Below are positions 1 to 13,816 of a stretch of 64,000 nt of DNA, one piece after another; positions within the stretch are counted from its first letter, which is position 1; the number at the start of each line of letters is the position of its first letter. The notes under the pieces were generated by a model. The model saw nothing but the letters and a program-made list of their open reading frames with translations. It was not told where the DNA came from and made no database searches. This stretch comes from Patellaria atrata CBS 101060 (taxonomy: Eukaryota): NCBI GenBank assembly GCA_010093705.1, contig MU006092.1, positions 1,072,350 through 1,136,349 of the forward strand, read 5' to 3'. Both the position numbers and the translations under genes were made by a program.

Positions 1-1718
1 TCCGTTTCGCTCGATGGAGAGAACGAGGAAGGGGGGTTGCAGCGTCGAGTTTGTCTTCCCTCCACCAAACTCCCCCTACAAAAAGCACAAACCAAGCAAG
101 TACAAGTGAGCAGGTACAGGTATGTCTCGGCCTCCAAACCGCATCGGGTAATCTGTCAAGTTTCGGCTCTTCCCACAACGGCCCTGCGGATGCCATGCAG
201 CGGTGCAGGGAACGGCTAAGTTTGCTAGGGAAGGGGGGGGGGGGGCGGTTAGTTGCCCGCTGATCGAGAACGCCGCGGTGCAGGACGTCATTGTTGGCTA
301 GATCCTCTCCCTTTTTACCTCTTTCTCCGAGTTTTGGTCGAGGTATGTAAATCATAAAGGTGAGTTATAGAGGGAATTGGACATTGAGTTTCACGTTCGG
401 ATTAAAGATGGTTATATTGGGATGTACGCCGCGGATGACTCCATCTGGTATCCCGTTGCGGTACTGTACCTGCGACCCTTTTTTTTTTTTCCTTTTTTTT
501 TCCTATTTTTTTTGACGCCCAGATCCTCGAATCTACTCGGAAATCCTCCATTTCGCTGTGTGATGGCGAAAAGAGATAATTATAGTTTAAGAAATAGAAT
601 AATGCAGGGGAGTTCTACTTAACCTTTCGTTCCCTGGTTTGGACGGCGATCTTTAACTACTCTTTCTCTCAAAGGATAAATTCCACGTTGCTTTCTGATC
701 TGCAATCCGGAGGAATGGACCGGAGAGGGAATTCCAAATTCTCCAATTCTAGTAGTGCTCGATGAGTTGTTAGGCTGCAGGTCAATTTTCTCACGCTGTC
801 TTATTTCCATAAGGCCAGGACTGGAAAGTTGGAATATCTGTTCTGCTTGTCAGAGGTGAAAAAGCATCAATAGGGATACAAGGGTATATATACTTGTATC
901 ATCAGTCCTAAACTAACACTAATATCAACAACTGTCTACAAATACACGATATATAATACAAACATCCACACATCACACTATTCTTAGCATTAAACCTGCA
1001 CACACACGCAAATCCCCCATCCATCGGGTCAAAGGGCTCAAGAGCATCCGACGATTCCCTCATAAGGTACGGATGTAACTACAGTAGCATGCTATAACAC
1101 TTTTCCGCTTTTCCATATAGCATGACGTTAAGAGAATCGTACCTTAATCCACCCTCCCCGAGATCCATACACCATATCACAACTCCCTCCTATATGACGA
1201 TCACCTAATTCGGTTCCCCTTGCCCTCGAAGATCTCGAAGAAAATTCTTGAGCTGGTTAGTGACGATCATAGAGCCAAAAGAGGTTAGCACGAGAATGGT
1301 GCAGCGATCACCACGTTGTGCGAAAACCTTGATATTTTTAGAAAAACTAAAGAATTCTAGATTGGTCCCTTTTTTTTTTGAGAGAGGTGGGGGGGTTCAG
1401 TATGGTACTTACGAGGTATATTTGTGTACGTACTGGTTTGGAGATGTACATATGTGTACCTTTTGTTTCTTCTGCAAGCTTCGATGCGGTTTTTGGTTAC
1501 CCTGCAAACGAAGATAAGACTGGTAGTTTGAATGGAATAGTATTAACACACGACCTAAAACTACATGTTTAAATTCCCTCTTCACCTAAGCGCTCCAGAC
1601 GCCTATCTTACATGCACTCTGCGTGTAGCAAATATACCTTACACTCCCCATCGCGAGCTCCCTTCCCCTTGCCACTTCCACTTCCCACCATTCCCCAATT
1701 TATCTCCCTTCTCTCACA

Positions 1719-4700
1719 CTAAGCGAAATTATCCTGCCTATCCACCCAAATATCCTCCAGCTCGGCAAAATTGACGAAATGAATACTCCGATGCTGATCG
1801 TCATAAAACCTGAGCGGTGTATCAATCTTGACCTCGACATCCTTCTTCTCCACGCTCCCAAACGCGCTGCCCATGAAGCTGTAATTCCACTTACTATCTA
1901 CTGGCACTAAGAAATATCCCCTGATCTTGTCGCTCAACAGCAACTGGCACTTCTCCCCGAACGCGGTGCTGAAACCTGCGGGCTGGTCGGAGGATAGGTC
2001 ACGGTTCTCGGCGCCCCATTTGTAGCCCTGGGGCGTGAGTGCCCATGCGCTGAGGGATACGGAGCCGGGCGTGAAGGAGACGGTCATGGTGACTGTTTTC
2101 TTGTCCCAGGAGGAGTGGGAGTTCATGAGGCGCGCGTGTTGCGTTACGTCTTGCGCGGTCATATAGTGGGGCTCGTTACCAGACATGGTGTGGATGAGAC
2201 CTAGGGGTTCCATATCCTTGAGGTACTCGTGCTGTGGTAGTTTATGTGGCAGTTGCACGTCGCGCGTGTTGCCGACTTGGGGTACCATGACGATAGTACG
2301 GATTTCCTTGACCTTATCGTTGTCTGGTGGGGAGGAGCCGTAGAGGTAGCCAGCTATTTGGACGCGTAGATCTGCGATGGTGATGAAGCGTTTGAGGATG
2401 TTCTTGGGCATGATATAGGTGTAGTGATCGTCCTCTTTGATATCATCGGACGAGATATAGATATGGTTAGCACGTGTCCGTAGATTAGAAGTTGCAATAG
2501 CGCGAGTCCGCCATTCAGTCTTGGAAGCGAATGTCGCTTGTTCATACTGCGAAGTTGTCGTAACGATAATATCTTCACCATGCACATTTTGAGTCTTCGT
2601 AGTAACCGCAGTGAGCTGCTGCTGCTCCTGCTGCTGCTTCTCGATTTCCGCGGCCTGTTGGCGCTGCATGGAAGGAGCACTAATCTCCATACCAAGAATG
2701 ATATCTCGAACTTCACTGCTCGTCAAGCTGGATGTATTGACATTATTCTTCTTGCCATAGTCATTTAAGATCAGATCACGTAACTGAATTTCGACCTTAA
2801 TCCAGTCCTCATCTGACAGAGATGGCCAGATGTGATGCTCTTGGGTAATGACCGTCTTATCTGGTCGCAAAAGTAGCTTCGTCTTGTCCATGTTTACGTG
2901 CAAAGCACGAAGAATGAGTACGAGACGAGAGAACGCAGTATATGATGAGATTGACTTCAACCACTCATCGTATAGATTAAACAGGACCATCTGAGGCTCG
3001 GTTGCGCGAAGAATCATATCACCTAACTTTTCAACCTTCATCGCTGCTTGGAACGGCAACTGTAGTTCTGATGCCCGGATAGAGATATTTGGGAAATCAA
3101 GTAAGTGTACTTCAAGGGGATCAAGCAGACCCTTGCGAGTGACGATCAACTGCTTCGGTTGTTCTTCGACGGGGAGAGAACGGATCAAAGCGGCAACTTC
3201 TTCTGCTGTCTTCCATTTCGCAAGCTGGCCAAGACGTTTCTGTCCCGCCCAAACACTGGTATGAATAATCTTCAAGAACAACTGGCCAGTGCGCGGGTTG
3301 AAAATGAAGATAGCACCGTTGATCGGCTTAGTTGTCAAGTTACCTTCGAATGTCTTGTGGATAGTGACACGGTACACATTCGTATCGTCGATGAACAACT
3401 GGATCTGGTTACTGAACAACTCGGAATAATTCTGCGAGTTCAAGAACTCCTGGTTGCTTTCAGAGGCATAGAGCTGCAGACCCTTGCGAATACGCTCGCG
3501 CAAAACATACAGCGCAGGATTTGCTTTCATGATCTTGGCCATGGCTTGTTGAACAAGCTGCTTCAAACCTGGGAAATATTGTCCGTATGCTGAGTACAAA
3601 TTGTACGCGAGGTCTATACCAATCATCAAACCGGTGGCTGAAGGATAGATACTCATGCTATCTGTCGTGTAGTCAAGATACTTGGCGCGGATATATCGTT
3701 CAATGTCGTGTGAATCATAATCACCGTATCGAAGTTGTACATCGACCCAGAATTTATTCGTTGTCGTCGCACCCATCGAGTCTTTGGTATCGTACAGCAG
3801 CGAGGGTGGTGAAACGCTCCATTTGTGGCTTGCGAACAGCAGAATATCGGCGCACGAACTGTTCATTTTGTACGACTTTCTCGGGTGGATGGTTTCCTTC
3901 TGCACCGTCTCAATCCCGAGAGCCTCAAGTTCTTGATCGAACACTTGGCAGAGATCCATGACCACCGATTCATGGATCTTCTGCCACAGATGTGCGCGGA
4001 AAATTTGAATAAGCGAGATCTTCAACGTCGGAATTTTACCGTGCAGGAAGATGCCTGTAAGATCAAGTTGTACCTGGAAACCAACATATACGTTGGCACG
4101 ATTGATTGTTGGCGACCACCACAAGGTAAATCGACGATTCGGGATCTGGTTCAAACCGGATCGCTGTGCGTTGGTGAGTTTCTTGAACTTCATCGATTCT
4201 TCAAAACCGGAAGCCTTTTCCCAAAAGAGACCTTCCCAAGATGGGAATGCAGTAGCTTTGAAGAGAGTGTGCTCTAGTATTGTTTCGACACCACCAAGGG
4301 CCTGGATAACGTCCGTACGGTAGGCGTTTAGGTTCCACAATTTACCATCGTGTCTCTGGCTCGTCCACCAAAACGGATTGCTCTTCATATGCTGATAAGT
4401 CTTAAACTCAGTACGCGCTCGAAAACCCTTATCAAAGCTGAGTGTGCTACGGTCCTTCTGGAATAGCGTGTTAATACGTGGTAGACCGCGATCCCAACTG
4501 TCTTCCAGGTCTTCTAGCGTGAGACGTCGGTTCTGTTGATTTGCTTCCAACCGTTTCTGCGAGTACTCGGTCCATACCCGCTGTGAGTCAATGAACTCCG
4601 ACTCCCAAGGGATGATGTACCGGAAAATGTTAGGTATTAAAGTCTCTTCATCGTGGGACATACCCGCACGGTAATGAGTAACGCCAGTATCTGTCTGCTT

Positions 4701-7700
4701 AGACCACCGTTTATCACTGGTAGGAATGAGGATATGGGAGCCTGACAGCATACCAAGACCTCCAAGTTCCTTTGGTGTGTAGAATACGGCCGGCGGGAAA
4801 CGTGAGGGCATCTTCGAATTCAGTCCAATCTTGACACGAGTTTGAATCTTAGTCTCGCACTTGACTATCGTATCCAGGAGATTGACGGTAGAAATAGCAG
4901 CCTCTCGGAAATAAGTGAACAGCGCAATCAAGCTTGTATTCCACTTATTGGCGATCTTCGTAAACGTGGTCGAACCGGATGACATGAGAATCTGTCTGAT
5001 CCTGTTGTTAAACTTTTGGATTGCTTCCTCAGTGACCTGCAGGAATGCATGCGCCGTTCGTTCTTTGGTAGTGTTATCAACCAATGCCCAGGTGCTATCT
5101 TTCGTAGAGAATTCATCGCTTAGATTGCGAATCTTAGGAAGAATCCTAACCTCGAAGTCGCACATGGAGAATAGTAGATTCGGGTTATCCCTGCTGTATA
5201 CACTGGCAAATGTTTCATCCCATTCAATAGTCGTGAGAGATCTCGGTAACCTGTTCTTCAAGTCCCAGAAAACACCTCTGCCCAGATTAACATCATGACG
5301 CATCAGTCTCATCCTTGAGTCGCGAGGCCAGCACTTCTTATTCTTATAGCCGATCACATTCTCGAAGTTCGGGTCCGGCTGCTCAGTCAAGAACCGCTGG
5401 ATGAGATCTCTCGACTCTTCCGCAGTGAATCTGAAAAACACCCAGATGCGATCAATGTATCTCGTGTACAGACGAATGGGATGTCTGGTCTCAGTAGCAC
5501 GGTCTCTAAACTGGAGGAAATCATTAGGGTTTTGTGGCGGTCCAGCAATTTCGCTAGCGCGCTGAAGACCAAGGAGGAGAAGATCGATAACAAGACCGTA
5601 GTATTGGAAGACGAATGCTGAAAACTGGAGACCACGGATCATGCCATAGCTGTTGGTATGATTCATGTCCTTGTAATTGAGCTGGACGTTGTTCTTTGAT
5701 GTGATATAGTCAGCCAAATTGTGATCCATGATGAGTCGGAGTAATCGATTCAATAACGTCAAATCTATCTTCTCATAGACCTTGGATAGCTGTGTTTCGA
5801 TCATGACATTACATTCACCGTCCTCATACTCCCACACTTTGCTCAGATTGTTGATACCTTGAGCCCATTTGTAAGTCAGTAATGGAGGAACTTCAGAATC
5901 CGAAGGTTTGATCCAGGCCGGGAATAGGTGCCGTTGATCTGCTTGGTACCATAGATACTGGTCAAGATATGCGTCGGTGATCTTCTCAATTGGTTCAATA
6001 TCGTACACTGGATTAATAGTGCTGTAATTGTCGTTCATATCAATGCCGACTTCCTTGAAGGCACGCTGGGTGAGCAAAAACCGCTTGATCCTTGCTAATG
6101 TCGTTCCTGGAGAATCATATGCTTGTTCAATCAAAGCAAGTTCCTCCCTCTGGCTTTGGTTTAGACGCCCCTTGACAGAGTACGCTTCTCTGAGCCGCTC
6201 AAGCGCCAGAATGAGAATCTTCGTGTCATGTTTGTAGGAAACACTGGGGAAGGGGATTGGCTGGAATTTGCGAGATTCAAGCCAATGCACTGTGGTCGTA
6301 TAGATGGCAACGGCTTCCTCAGATGATACGTACGGACCATCTTTCATGTAGTTGTGTTGCCTTTCTTGTTCCGCCTTCAGCCACAGCCGTGTAAGACGAC
6401 CCAGATTCTTCTTCGCGACTGTCTTATCCACGGTTGCACCTCGTCGAATACGCTCACGGTTGTAATGCGCGACTGACACCCACCAATCCGCTTTGCTCTT
6501 GACGTATCGCAAGATGACGTTTTCAATCGGTGCCGGGAGGCCAGGGACCTTCCATGGGATGTTACTCTTCCAGCACCGCCATGCTTCAGATAGATGCTGG
6601 AGGACAGTCTGAATCTTGTTCTGTTTAATACCCTCCGGCATCATGTCCGTCAGGTCAGACATGACAGAAGCACGAAGCTCGAGATCGAAGTGAGATTCAA
6701 CTCGCTGTTTCGTCACTGTCTTTGCTACACCCTTACTGTGACGCCCTTCAAACTGTCTCGACAACAGGTTACCGAGCCATCGCTCCAATAGAGGAATAAT
6801 ACCCCTCATAAAGAAGAGCCAAACGCGCCATGCGGGCGCCCAGAAACCACACCCAGGTCCTTTCCCGACGGGACCAGAGTTGAATCGGTAGTATATTAGA
6901 TGCTTCAGGTCCTTGCAGGAACGAATTTGATGCATGAGCTTATACTTATACCGGTACATACCAGTCAATTGGCCCACGTGATTAAAAGCGTAAAGAATAC
7001 CGTCTGCAAGTTGGAATGCGTCGATGTTACCTAAACGGTACTGAACGTGAGCATCTACAAGTAGCTTGGTTAAACGGAGAATTTCGCGCATCAGATGGAA
7101 AGCATTTCCGAATCGAGACTTCTTTCGCTCCTTCGTAGTCAGGGTCTTTATAGGTTTCAAGTTGAAATTATAATCCAAATGGAGATAGGTTAGATTTTTC
7201 CTGTGGATGAGGAGGTTGAGCATGTTATAGCCTTGCCTGCAAACCATAAGACCTGCTTCGAGCCAGTCCATAGTGGTTTGCTGGAAGAACTTAGTCCCTT
7301 TGAGAGTCCGCATGAGATTTTGCTTGCTCTGCGCTTTCGGTGGTCTCTTATGAAGCTCATTGAGGACATAAGTCTTCAGTAGCTTCTGATAAGAGACTCG
7401 TACCTTGACAGGTTGACCTGAGGGAACGTGTTCAAGGTACCATTGTTTGACAAGGGGAACATCCTGAGCTCGCACCATACGACCAGACCGTCTATCAAAT
7501 GGGTATGGAGCCCACCACAGAGATATAGCCGATGCGGTATCGTCTGTATACAGGGGTTCCTCATCTAAGAAAGGGTCGACATCGTAGGGTAGCTCAAACT
7601 CATCATCGACATCATTACCATATCCAAAGACTTCATCTTCATGGCTGACTGTTAGATTCTTCGGCGCTACGGATCGAGATGAGATCGGGTTGATGACTGG

Positions 7701-8795
7701 ATCGAAGTAAAACGCCGGAAGATTAGGGTCCTCCGCACGGACATAGACAGCCTGAGGATAAGAGTACCAAGCTATTCTGACACTGCGAGGGAGTGAATTA
7801 TAGAGGTAAGGGAAGAAAACGCGGTACTCTGTTCGAATGGGAGCTCGGAATATGATGCGATCAATAGCATTGAACTCGCCGAAGTCCTCGTCGTTAGGAT
7901 CGATGTCCTTGTATAGGGGCTCAAACCGAGGACCACCTGGAATTGCGACGTTGAGAGCCTTTGCCGTAAACATACTGTTTAGATCGAACATGTGGAAGTA
8001 ATTCTTATCTACAACGTCACTTAGCAGCTGCCGACTCAGTCGGTACAATGTCGCCATTTGTGGTAGTGTAAGGTTCCAAGTCTTGTAACTGGGTCCATTA
8101 ACATGTTCTGTGTCTAACAGAGGTCGATGCTCATATATCCAGTCAATAACTGCTCCATCCTCGTCTTCGTCGAGCTCCATTCGGATCGGCTCAAGCGGGT
8201 CTACGTCTTCAATGTTATCAAGGTAGGACATAGGTGGTTCCTCATCATCAAAGGGAGGAAATCGCATCCGTTTGAAGTGTCTCCTATCACTCTTTTCCCT
8301 TCGCATGCACACCCACATCGTGGCCCATTGTGCATGGAAGATTGGTTCAATAACTCTCGGAATCTCATTCACGAGAGTTAAACAGCCGTTCTGATGGTAT
8401 AGCACCTTAACCTGCCGACTCGACTCCCACGGCATAGGTATATTCTCCAATAGCTTCAATACCGCATGCGGCATGAACTTCAGCGCGCCCAAGTAGGCGC
8501 GCTTATCATTACTAAATTTTTTCTGCGACACATCGCCGATGTCCTTGAAGATTTTGCGGGCATGATCTACCGGCATGTCTACCTTCTGGGTCTCGACGAA
8601 ACCAGCCTTCCTCTTCTCCCCGAACCGTTGGCGCTGCATCCGCAGCCATTGTTTTTTCTTCTCTGCGAACTTCGCAGTTTGTGGATCAAGAGGAGGACGA
8701 TAGCTAGGGGGAGGCGGAGCAAGGGAACCAAGAGGACCTCCCGGTGGTGGAGGACCTGGAAGACCTGGCGGTGGAGGAGGAGCATTGAAGGACAT
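1719..8795 (-). CDS. PRP8: Pre-mRNA splicing factor Prp8 (U5 snRNP), single exon, 2358 aa, no intein
   Basis: Uninterrupted ORF with Prp8 motifs ([47 protein letters not shown], RNaseH-like and Jab1/MPN C-terminal regions). Confidence 0.99.
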   Translation of the reverse strand: MSFNAPPPPPGLPGPPPPGGPLGSLAPPPPSYRPPLDPQTAKFAEKKKQWLRMQRQRFGEKRKAGFVETQKVDMPVDHARKIFKDIGDVSQKKFSNDKRAYLGALKFMPHAVLKLLENIPMPWESSRQVKVLYHQNGCLTLVNEIPRVIEPIFHAQWATMWVCMRREKSDRRHFKRMRFPPFDDEEPPMSYLDNIEDVDPLEPIRMELDEDEDGAVIDWIYEHRPLLDTEHVNGPSYKTWNLTLPQMATLYRLSRQLLSDVVDKNYFHMFDLNSMFTAKALNVAIPGGPRFEPLYKDIDPNDEDFGEFNAIDRIIFRAPIRTEYRVFFPYLYNSLPRSVRIAWYSYPQAVYVRAEDPNLPAFYFDPVINPISSRSVAPKNLTVSHEDEVFGYGNDVDDEFELPYDVDPFLDEEPLYTDDTASAISLWWAPYPFDRRSGRMVRAQDVPLVKQWYLEHVPSGQPVKVRVSYQKLLKTYVLNELHKRPPKAQSKQNLMRTLKGTKFFQQTTMDWLEAGLMVCRQGYNMLNLLIHRKNLTYLHLDYNFNLKPIKTLTTKERKKSRFGNAFHLMREILRLTKLLVDAHVQYRLGNIDAFQLADGILYAFNHVGQLTGMYRYKYKLMHQIRSCKDLKHLIYYRFNSGPVGKGPGCGFWAPAWRVWLFFMRGIIPLLERWLGNLLSRQFEGRHSKGVAKTVTKQRVESHFDLELRASVMSDLTDMMPEGIKQNKIQTVLQHLSEAWRCWKSNIPWKVPGLPAPIENVILRYVKSKADWWVSVAHYNRERIRRGATVDKTVAKKNLGRLTRLWLKAEQERQHNYMKDGPYVSSEEAVAIYTTTVHWLESRKFQPIPFPSVSYKHDTKILILALERLREAYSVKGRLNQSQREELALIEQAYDSPGTTLARIKRFLLTQRAFKEVGIDMNDNYSTINPVYDIEPIEKITDAYLDQYLWYQADQRHLFPAWIKPSDSEVPPLLTYKWAQGINNLSKVWEYEDGECNVMIETQLSKVYEKIDLTLLNRLLRLIMDHNLADYITSKNNVQLNYKDMNHTNSYGMIRGLQFSAFVFQYYGLVIDLLLLGLQRASEIAGPPQNPNDFLQFRDRATETRHPIRLYTRYIDRIWVFFRFTAEESRDLIQRFLTEQPDPNFENVIGYKNKKCWPRDSRMRLMRHDVNLGRGVFWDLKNRLPRSLTTIEWDETFASVYSRDNPNLLFSMCDFEVRILPKIRNLSDEFSTKDSTWALVDNTTKERTAHAFLQVTEEAIQKFNNRIRQILMSSGSTTFTKIANKWNTSLIALFTYFREAAISTVNLLDTIVKCETKIQTRVKIGLNSKMPSRFPPAVFYTPKELGGLGMLSGSHILIPTSDKRWSKQTDTGVTHYRAGMSHDEETLIPNIFRYIIPWESEFIDSQRVWTEYSQKRLEANQQNRRLTLEDLEDSWDRGLPRINTLFQKDRSTLSFDKGFRARTEFKTYQHMKSNPFWWTSQRHDGKLWNLNAYRTDVIQALGGVETILEHTLFKATAFPSWEGLFWEKASGFEESMKFKKLTNAQRSGLNQIPNRRFTLWWSPTINRANVYVGFQVQLDLTGIFLHGKIPTLKISLIQIFRAHLWQKIHESVVMDLCQVFDQELEALGIETVQKETIHPRKSYKMNSSCADILLFASHKWSVSPPSLLYDTKDSMGATTTNKFWVDVQLRYGDYDSHDIERYIRAKYLDYTTDSMSIYPSATGLMIGIDLAYNLYSAYGQYFPGLKQLVQQAMAKIMKANPALYVLRERIRKGLQLYASESNQEFLNSQNYSELFSNQIQLFIDDTNVYRVTIHKTFEGNLTTKPINGAIFIFNPRTGQLFLKIIHTSVWAGQKRLGQLAKWKTAEEVAALIRSLPVEEQPKQLIVTRKGLLDPLEVHLLDFPNISIRASELQLPFQAAMKVEKLGDMILRATEPQMVLFNLYDEWLKSISSYTAFSRLVLILRALHVNMDKTKLLLRPDKTVITQEHHIWPSLSDEDWIKVEIQLRDLILNDYGKKNNVNTSSLTSSEVRDIILGMEISAPSMQRQQAAEIEKQQQEQQQLTAVTTKTQNVHGEDIIVTTTSQYEQATFASKTEWRTRAIATSNLRTRANHIYISSDDIKEDDHYTYIMPKNILKRFITIADLRVQIAGYLYGSSPPDNDKVKEIRTIVMVPQVGNTRDVQLPHKLPQHEYLKDMEPLGLIHTMSGNEPHYMTAQDVTQHARLMNSHSSWDKKTVTMTVSFTPGSVSLSAWALTPQGYKWGAENRDLSSDQPAGFSTAFGEKCQLLLSDKIRGYFLVPVDSKWNYSFMGSAFGSVEKKDVEVKIDTPLRFYDDQHRSIHFVNFAELEDIWVDRQDNFA

Positions 8796-9252
8796 AATTT
8801 CGAAGCTTAGAGGTCGAAATTGGGTATCTAATGGGATTATGAGGTCGTGTCCTATGTACCTCGCGGTAGGTTAGGGAGTATCAAGCTGTTGCCTCGAAGT
8901 ATTACGAGAGACAATCGGGAGCAAATAAAACGAAGAAGACTGCAAAATGGATTAAAGTAAGCTAGTTTGAATGGATCATCCCAAGGCGCATCTTCCACAA
9001 CCCAAATGTCGATGCGCGATGGATAACTTTTGAAGTGGCGTGGGTTGTTATCTCCAAGCAGCCTGACATCGAAAGTCGCGACGGTATGATTTCTGCAGCC
9101 ACGCCAAGAAACATCGGAGAAACCCACCTTCCGGTAGCGAAACCCATTTTCGATCACACACAACACCCGACCATGCAAAGGCAATTCAGTGAGGACGACA
9201 ACTAAAACAGCCACGAACCTCACCGAACCCGATCTTCTCCCACTCAGTTACA

Positions 9253-9883
9253 ATGCCGTCGAACAGATTGACATACGTATGTTTATTTCTAGGAGAATGA
9301 ACTAGGGAACAGAATATGGGAATGGGATACTAACGAGGATTTTATACAGCGCCGGAGACAACCCTACAACACCAAGTCAAATAACGTTCGCATCGTCAGA
9401 ACACCTGGCGGAAAGCTACGATATCTCCACATCAAGAAGAAGGGTACTGCACCGAAATGCGGTGACTGTGGTGTGAAGTTAGCAGGGGTAAGTGAGAGTG
9501 ATTTAAACGCGATGTCCTTCCCTTTTATGATATCAGCATCAGGCGGGAGCAATATCTCGTAAGAGTTGGAATACGAGGCAATCTCCGTCAATTAGCGAAG
9601 AAATGGCTGTCTGGATCGCGCATACATATCTTCGAACCTGCATATAGCCCTGGTCTCTTCTTCCCAAAGTTACCACCTACTAATTTACCTCACCTAACAG
9701 ATTCCCGCCCTCCGTCCCCGAGAGTATGCCACCGTCTCCCGCCCCAAGAAGACCGTCCAGCGTGCCTACGGTGGCTCGCGCTGCGCGAATTGCGTCAAGG
9801 ACCGCGTCGTGCGTGCATTCCTGATCGAGGAGCAGAAGATCGTGAAGAAGGTGCTCAAGGAGTCAGAGGCGAAGAAGCGTTAA
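9253..9883 (+). CDS. RPL34: 60S ribosomal protein L34 (eL34), 3 exons: 9253-9276, 9350-9487, 9701-9883
   Basis: Manual splicing (GTATGT..TACTAAC..CAG; GTAAGT..CAG) gives [93 protein letters not shown]. Divergent from PRP8. Missing from the ORF track. Confidence 0.97.
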
Positions 9884-10676
9884 GGGAGACATGAAGGATA
9901 TATTAGTTCGGAAAATTAGACTTATGGTGAAGTGCTGTGATAGGATGAGGATGGTCATGGGAAATACTTTCTGCATGGGTTCATTAGGGCTGCGGGAGTA
10001 TCAATGAGCTTGGGTTCAACGAAAATGAATCGATGTTCAATACATAAGGCTGTGTTTCGTCTTCCACTAATGAGTGAACATCGTGGCTCCCAGGAGTGGT
10101 TATATTAGTGCTCATCAAAGTTCCAAGTGGTTTATACCACCAGAAAGTGCAGTTATGCGTAAATGCTCACTCACAGTACAACTGTTTAGCAACATGACCA
10201 AATGTTAGAAGATAAGGTTGAGAATGTGTTTTGCGATTCTTACACCATTTACTATTCCCACCGATATACCAATCGAACTTAATCAAGCAAGAGGAAAGCT
10301 TAAAAGCACTTTAAAAGTGCAAAAGATCAATTTTATTTGTGAATAAGAATAGAAAAAAAAAGTATAGGCCCCACAATACCCAAAGGCAGAACAAGCACCA
10401 AAACCTATCCAGAAAGCCGCCCAGTTACAACCCTTACCACCAGCGCTATTCCAATGCGGTGGCCGATGTACTCCCTCAATATGTAAACCTTCAAGGTAGG
10501 TCTCCTTGAAGGAAATGAATAAGATAGATAAGAATAGAAGATCCTTTCTGAACGTAGTACTCGTCGTAAAAACACATAACACTCCAATCCCATCCCAAAT
10601 CCCCTTTTTGATATATGTCCTAGAAGCAGTGTCAAATTGATCAACAAATTTGCAATGCCGTATATACTCGTCTCTC

Positions 10677-13195
10677 CTATGGAATGCCCTCGACACCAAC
10701 TTCTTGTGCAAACCCGGTCAAGAGACCTCCTTCATAGACTCCACTGAAGTCGAGTTGCCCGTCTAGAACCCAGCTTAGAGGATCAAATAAATCCTCTTGC
10801 CAGTTCATGCTTGTAACTGCATGTGGGACAGGCGCTGGTTGTGGTGCGCCCATGAAAGTACTGTATGGATTGGGGCTTGCTCCAGCGCCAGGACCCGGCG
10901 TGGTAGATGATGACGCATCTGGATTCGTCGGATTATTGACGGCGGAATCCAGGTTTCCGTGCATAGCATCTTTGCCTTGTATCTCCTCGCGCCAACGCCA
11001 TACACTATCATAGACAACAGACATGCTCATCCTTCCGCGCACACGGAGGCGGAGTGAGTCGTCGTCTACAGTCGTTGCGCGATTGCCGCTGCCTGAGGCC
11101 TTCCAGAGTTGCGCTAAAACTTCTGCTAGACGCTGAGGAAGGTCGTTATGGCGGACGCTCATCTCCCGGACACAGGCGATAACGCGCCCAAAGAGATGGC
11201 GCGCTTCATCGCGAGGAATATCTTCTGCGAAGAATGAGTTGAGGAGCTTGAGAAGGGCAAATCCAGCAGCCAGGATCATTTGCATGAGGTAGTTTGTAGC
11301 AAACTTGAATGGCTGGTTCGTTCGAGAAAGATCGAATGAGTAGTTCAGGAAGTCGCGGGTAGCTATAAATAAAGCCACCAGTTCTTCCCGATATGAGATC
11401 GTCGTACTCCTACTATTAAAAAAGGCGAAGAGCCGCAGATGGAGGCGAACTGCACTAAGGTACACGTAATCCATCGCTGAGGTACACAAAAACGATATTG
11501 TTAGTATACTAGTCACAATATATACGGAGCTGAAATGAGACATAATGAAGGTAGTCGTTCTTACCAGTTAGTGTATAACTCAAGCGTTTTTCCAGTTCGT
11601 CTAAATCTTTAGACAATAATCCTGAAACTAGAGACTTACTACTGGTCGTCGTAGGATTGTCAATTTTATTGCCATACAAGTTTTCTGTTATCTTGTTGCA
11701 GAGTTGCTCTATCTGGAACCGGTTAGAGAGGTCTGCGGGAAGAGCATAGCTTTCTTCGCCGTCGTTAGGGTGAGGAGACATGGAAGAATCATATATAGTC
11801 AATGAGGGTTGACCATATCCGGTAGAAATTCTATTGACAAATGTGTTAGTGGAACTTCGCAGGAGTGTGGTAAACTGAACGTAAGAGTGTCGGTAAGTTA
11901 CATAAAGAATTTAAGATCATTTTATATTAAGGAGAAACATAATATCTGACGTCTTTTCTTGTTGATTTTCACTTTTCTTGGGATCATATTGGTAATACAA
12001 GCAATATCAGGCACTTACGTTTGAGCTACTATGTTACAAGCGGCCCAGGTCTTAACTCGATCTCGAATATCCTCATCTCGAAGTGTTACGTGAAACCGTG
12101 AGAAATCTTGGGCGTGGGAGGGTCGATGTAACCCAATTTGCATTGCAACTTGCATCATGAGTCCAGCAAACATGAATGTCGGGTCCGTAGATGTGGATGT
12201 TTGCGGTAAGGGCCATGTACAAAGTAGACACAACGCCTTCACCACATGGTAACTTTGAGGTACATTCGATATCGTTTCCCACATGAGGTGAAGATATGGC
12301 TCCTGAATTCGTTCGATGAGTTTTCGGTCTTGATCAAATTGACGGGCGCCTATTGCAATGACCGTCCAAAAAAGAACGGGGGCCATCTCAAAGTAGCTAT
12401 CAGGCGACCGATCTGGATCCAGAAGGGGGAAGAAGTCATGATAGTGACTAAAGAACGCCTCAAAAAGCTCCTGAACGCGATCGGGGCCAAGTATGATATT
12501 CCCTAAACTTCTCATTTGAAGGCCATCTGCAGGCAAGCGGTAAGCCCCCGCCGGGTCTAATCCTTGCTTCAGACCAAGGAGAGATTCCACTGCCGCTGCG
12601 GCATGAGAACCATACTGGTCTTGATTGATGGGCAAACCATGATAACCTGTGTAACCTTGAGCGTTCGCTGCCGGCGCATTGAGAGGTGCCAAACCAGCAC
12701 TTGAGACTTGCTTGCGGAGCTGGTCGTTTTCGGCAGAGAGCCTAATGATCTCGCGTTCCATTTCCGCATTGCGGCTTCTCTTGCCAATTCTCTTGAAGTT
12801 AGAGTCGACTCTGCAATCTAGCTTGTGTTTGTTGCATCGTGAACATGACTGGAAGGGCTCTTGAATGACATCGCAACGCAACTGGGTTGGCTGTTAGCAT
12901 TCACTAGCACTCTGGCGACGAAAGCACGACGGATATGCAACAAAAACGGATGGAAATCAGTAGATATGCATCGAGCTCATACCTTCTGCTGCCTGCACTC
13001 ATTACAAGCTCTCTTGACCCCAGGTTGACGGCGTTTCTGTTCAGGCCCATCATCGCTTTCAGGGCTATTGCTGTCAAGACCGGCGTTAGAACGGTTCCTC
13101 TTGTGAGCGTCTCCCTTAACAGTTGCTGGACTGTGAACCGCACTCGCGAACTGGTAACTACCATTCCTCGAGATAGTCGGCGAGGTAGCAGCCAT
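10677..13195 (-). CDS. LEU3: Zn(II)2Cys6 transcription factor, Leu3/LeuB-like; exons 13195-12983, 12881-12019, 11830-11565, 11476-10677
   Basis: KRACNECRQQK|LRCDVIQEPFQSCSRCNKHKLDC zinc cluster, fungal TF middle homology region, and RVRGRMSMSVVYDS resembling the yeast Leu3 RSRMSVSVFFD segment. Canonical introns keep frame. Leu3 rather than Sef1 orthology is inferred. Confidence 0.8.
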
Positions 13196-13816
13196 CACAA
13201 CTGTAAAGAGAGCGCACGGTTTGTGAGACCGATGTCGGTGGACTTGGGAATCCAACGAGTCCGAAAAGCGCAGCGCTGGAGAACTGGAGGGTGGTGGGGC
13301 TTTTGGCCGTGTTGGGCTCAGACCAGACGATACCTTAAGCGGGCAAACTCACCATGGACTGATAAGATTATCACTTCAAGGATTCTCCATATGTGAGCTT
13401 TCTGGATGATGATACAGGATAAATACTAAAATAAAAGAAGAAAACAAACAATCAAAATATCATATGCACTGTGTCGTTGATTTCACTAATCTTGTGACTC
13501 AACACGTGTGATTTTAGAGATGTATAGGCATGACTTCCATAAGTAGTCATTAATCAGTCCGTTATCCTTTGTGCCAGAAAGTCATTTTCAATCATCGCTA
13601 CGACTACTACTATACAATGTCTCTGTTCATGGGATTTACGCCTTGCTTTCCTCCCGTAAACAGTTATCTCCCATCCGATCCAGGCCAAACCATTTTCCAG
13701 TCCCAATTGTCAATATCAAACAACGCCATGCAAGCCAGGTACGCCTCCACTCCATATAACTAACTACGCGTCAGGGTATCGAACAAAAAATGAGCGAGAG
13801 ATTATTGATACCACGT

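Noticed and set aside
619..830. Degenerate RNase H-like peptide (PGLMEIRQREKID) next to poly-T
   Set aside because: The similarity is too short and weak to call a retroelement without a search.
4200..4225. PRP8 intein
   Set aside because: The known insertion site (EKA^SGFEE, between 4212 and 4211) is empty and the protein has normal length.
2354..8810. Many antisense or overlapping ORFs within PRP8, and likewise within IQGAP, IMPDH and GH76
   Set aside because: Shadow ORFs produced by codon bias of the real genes.
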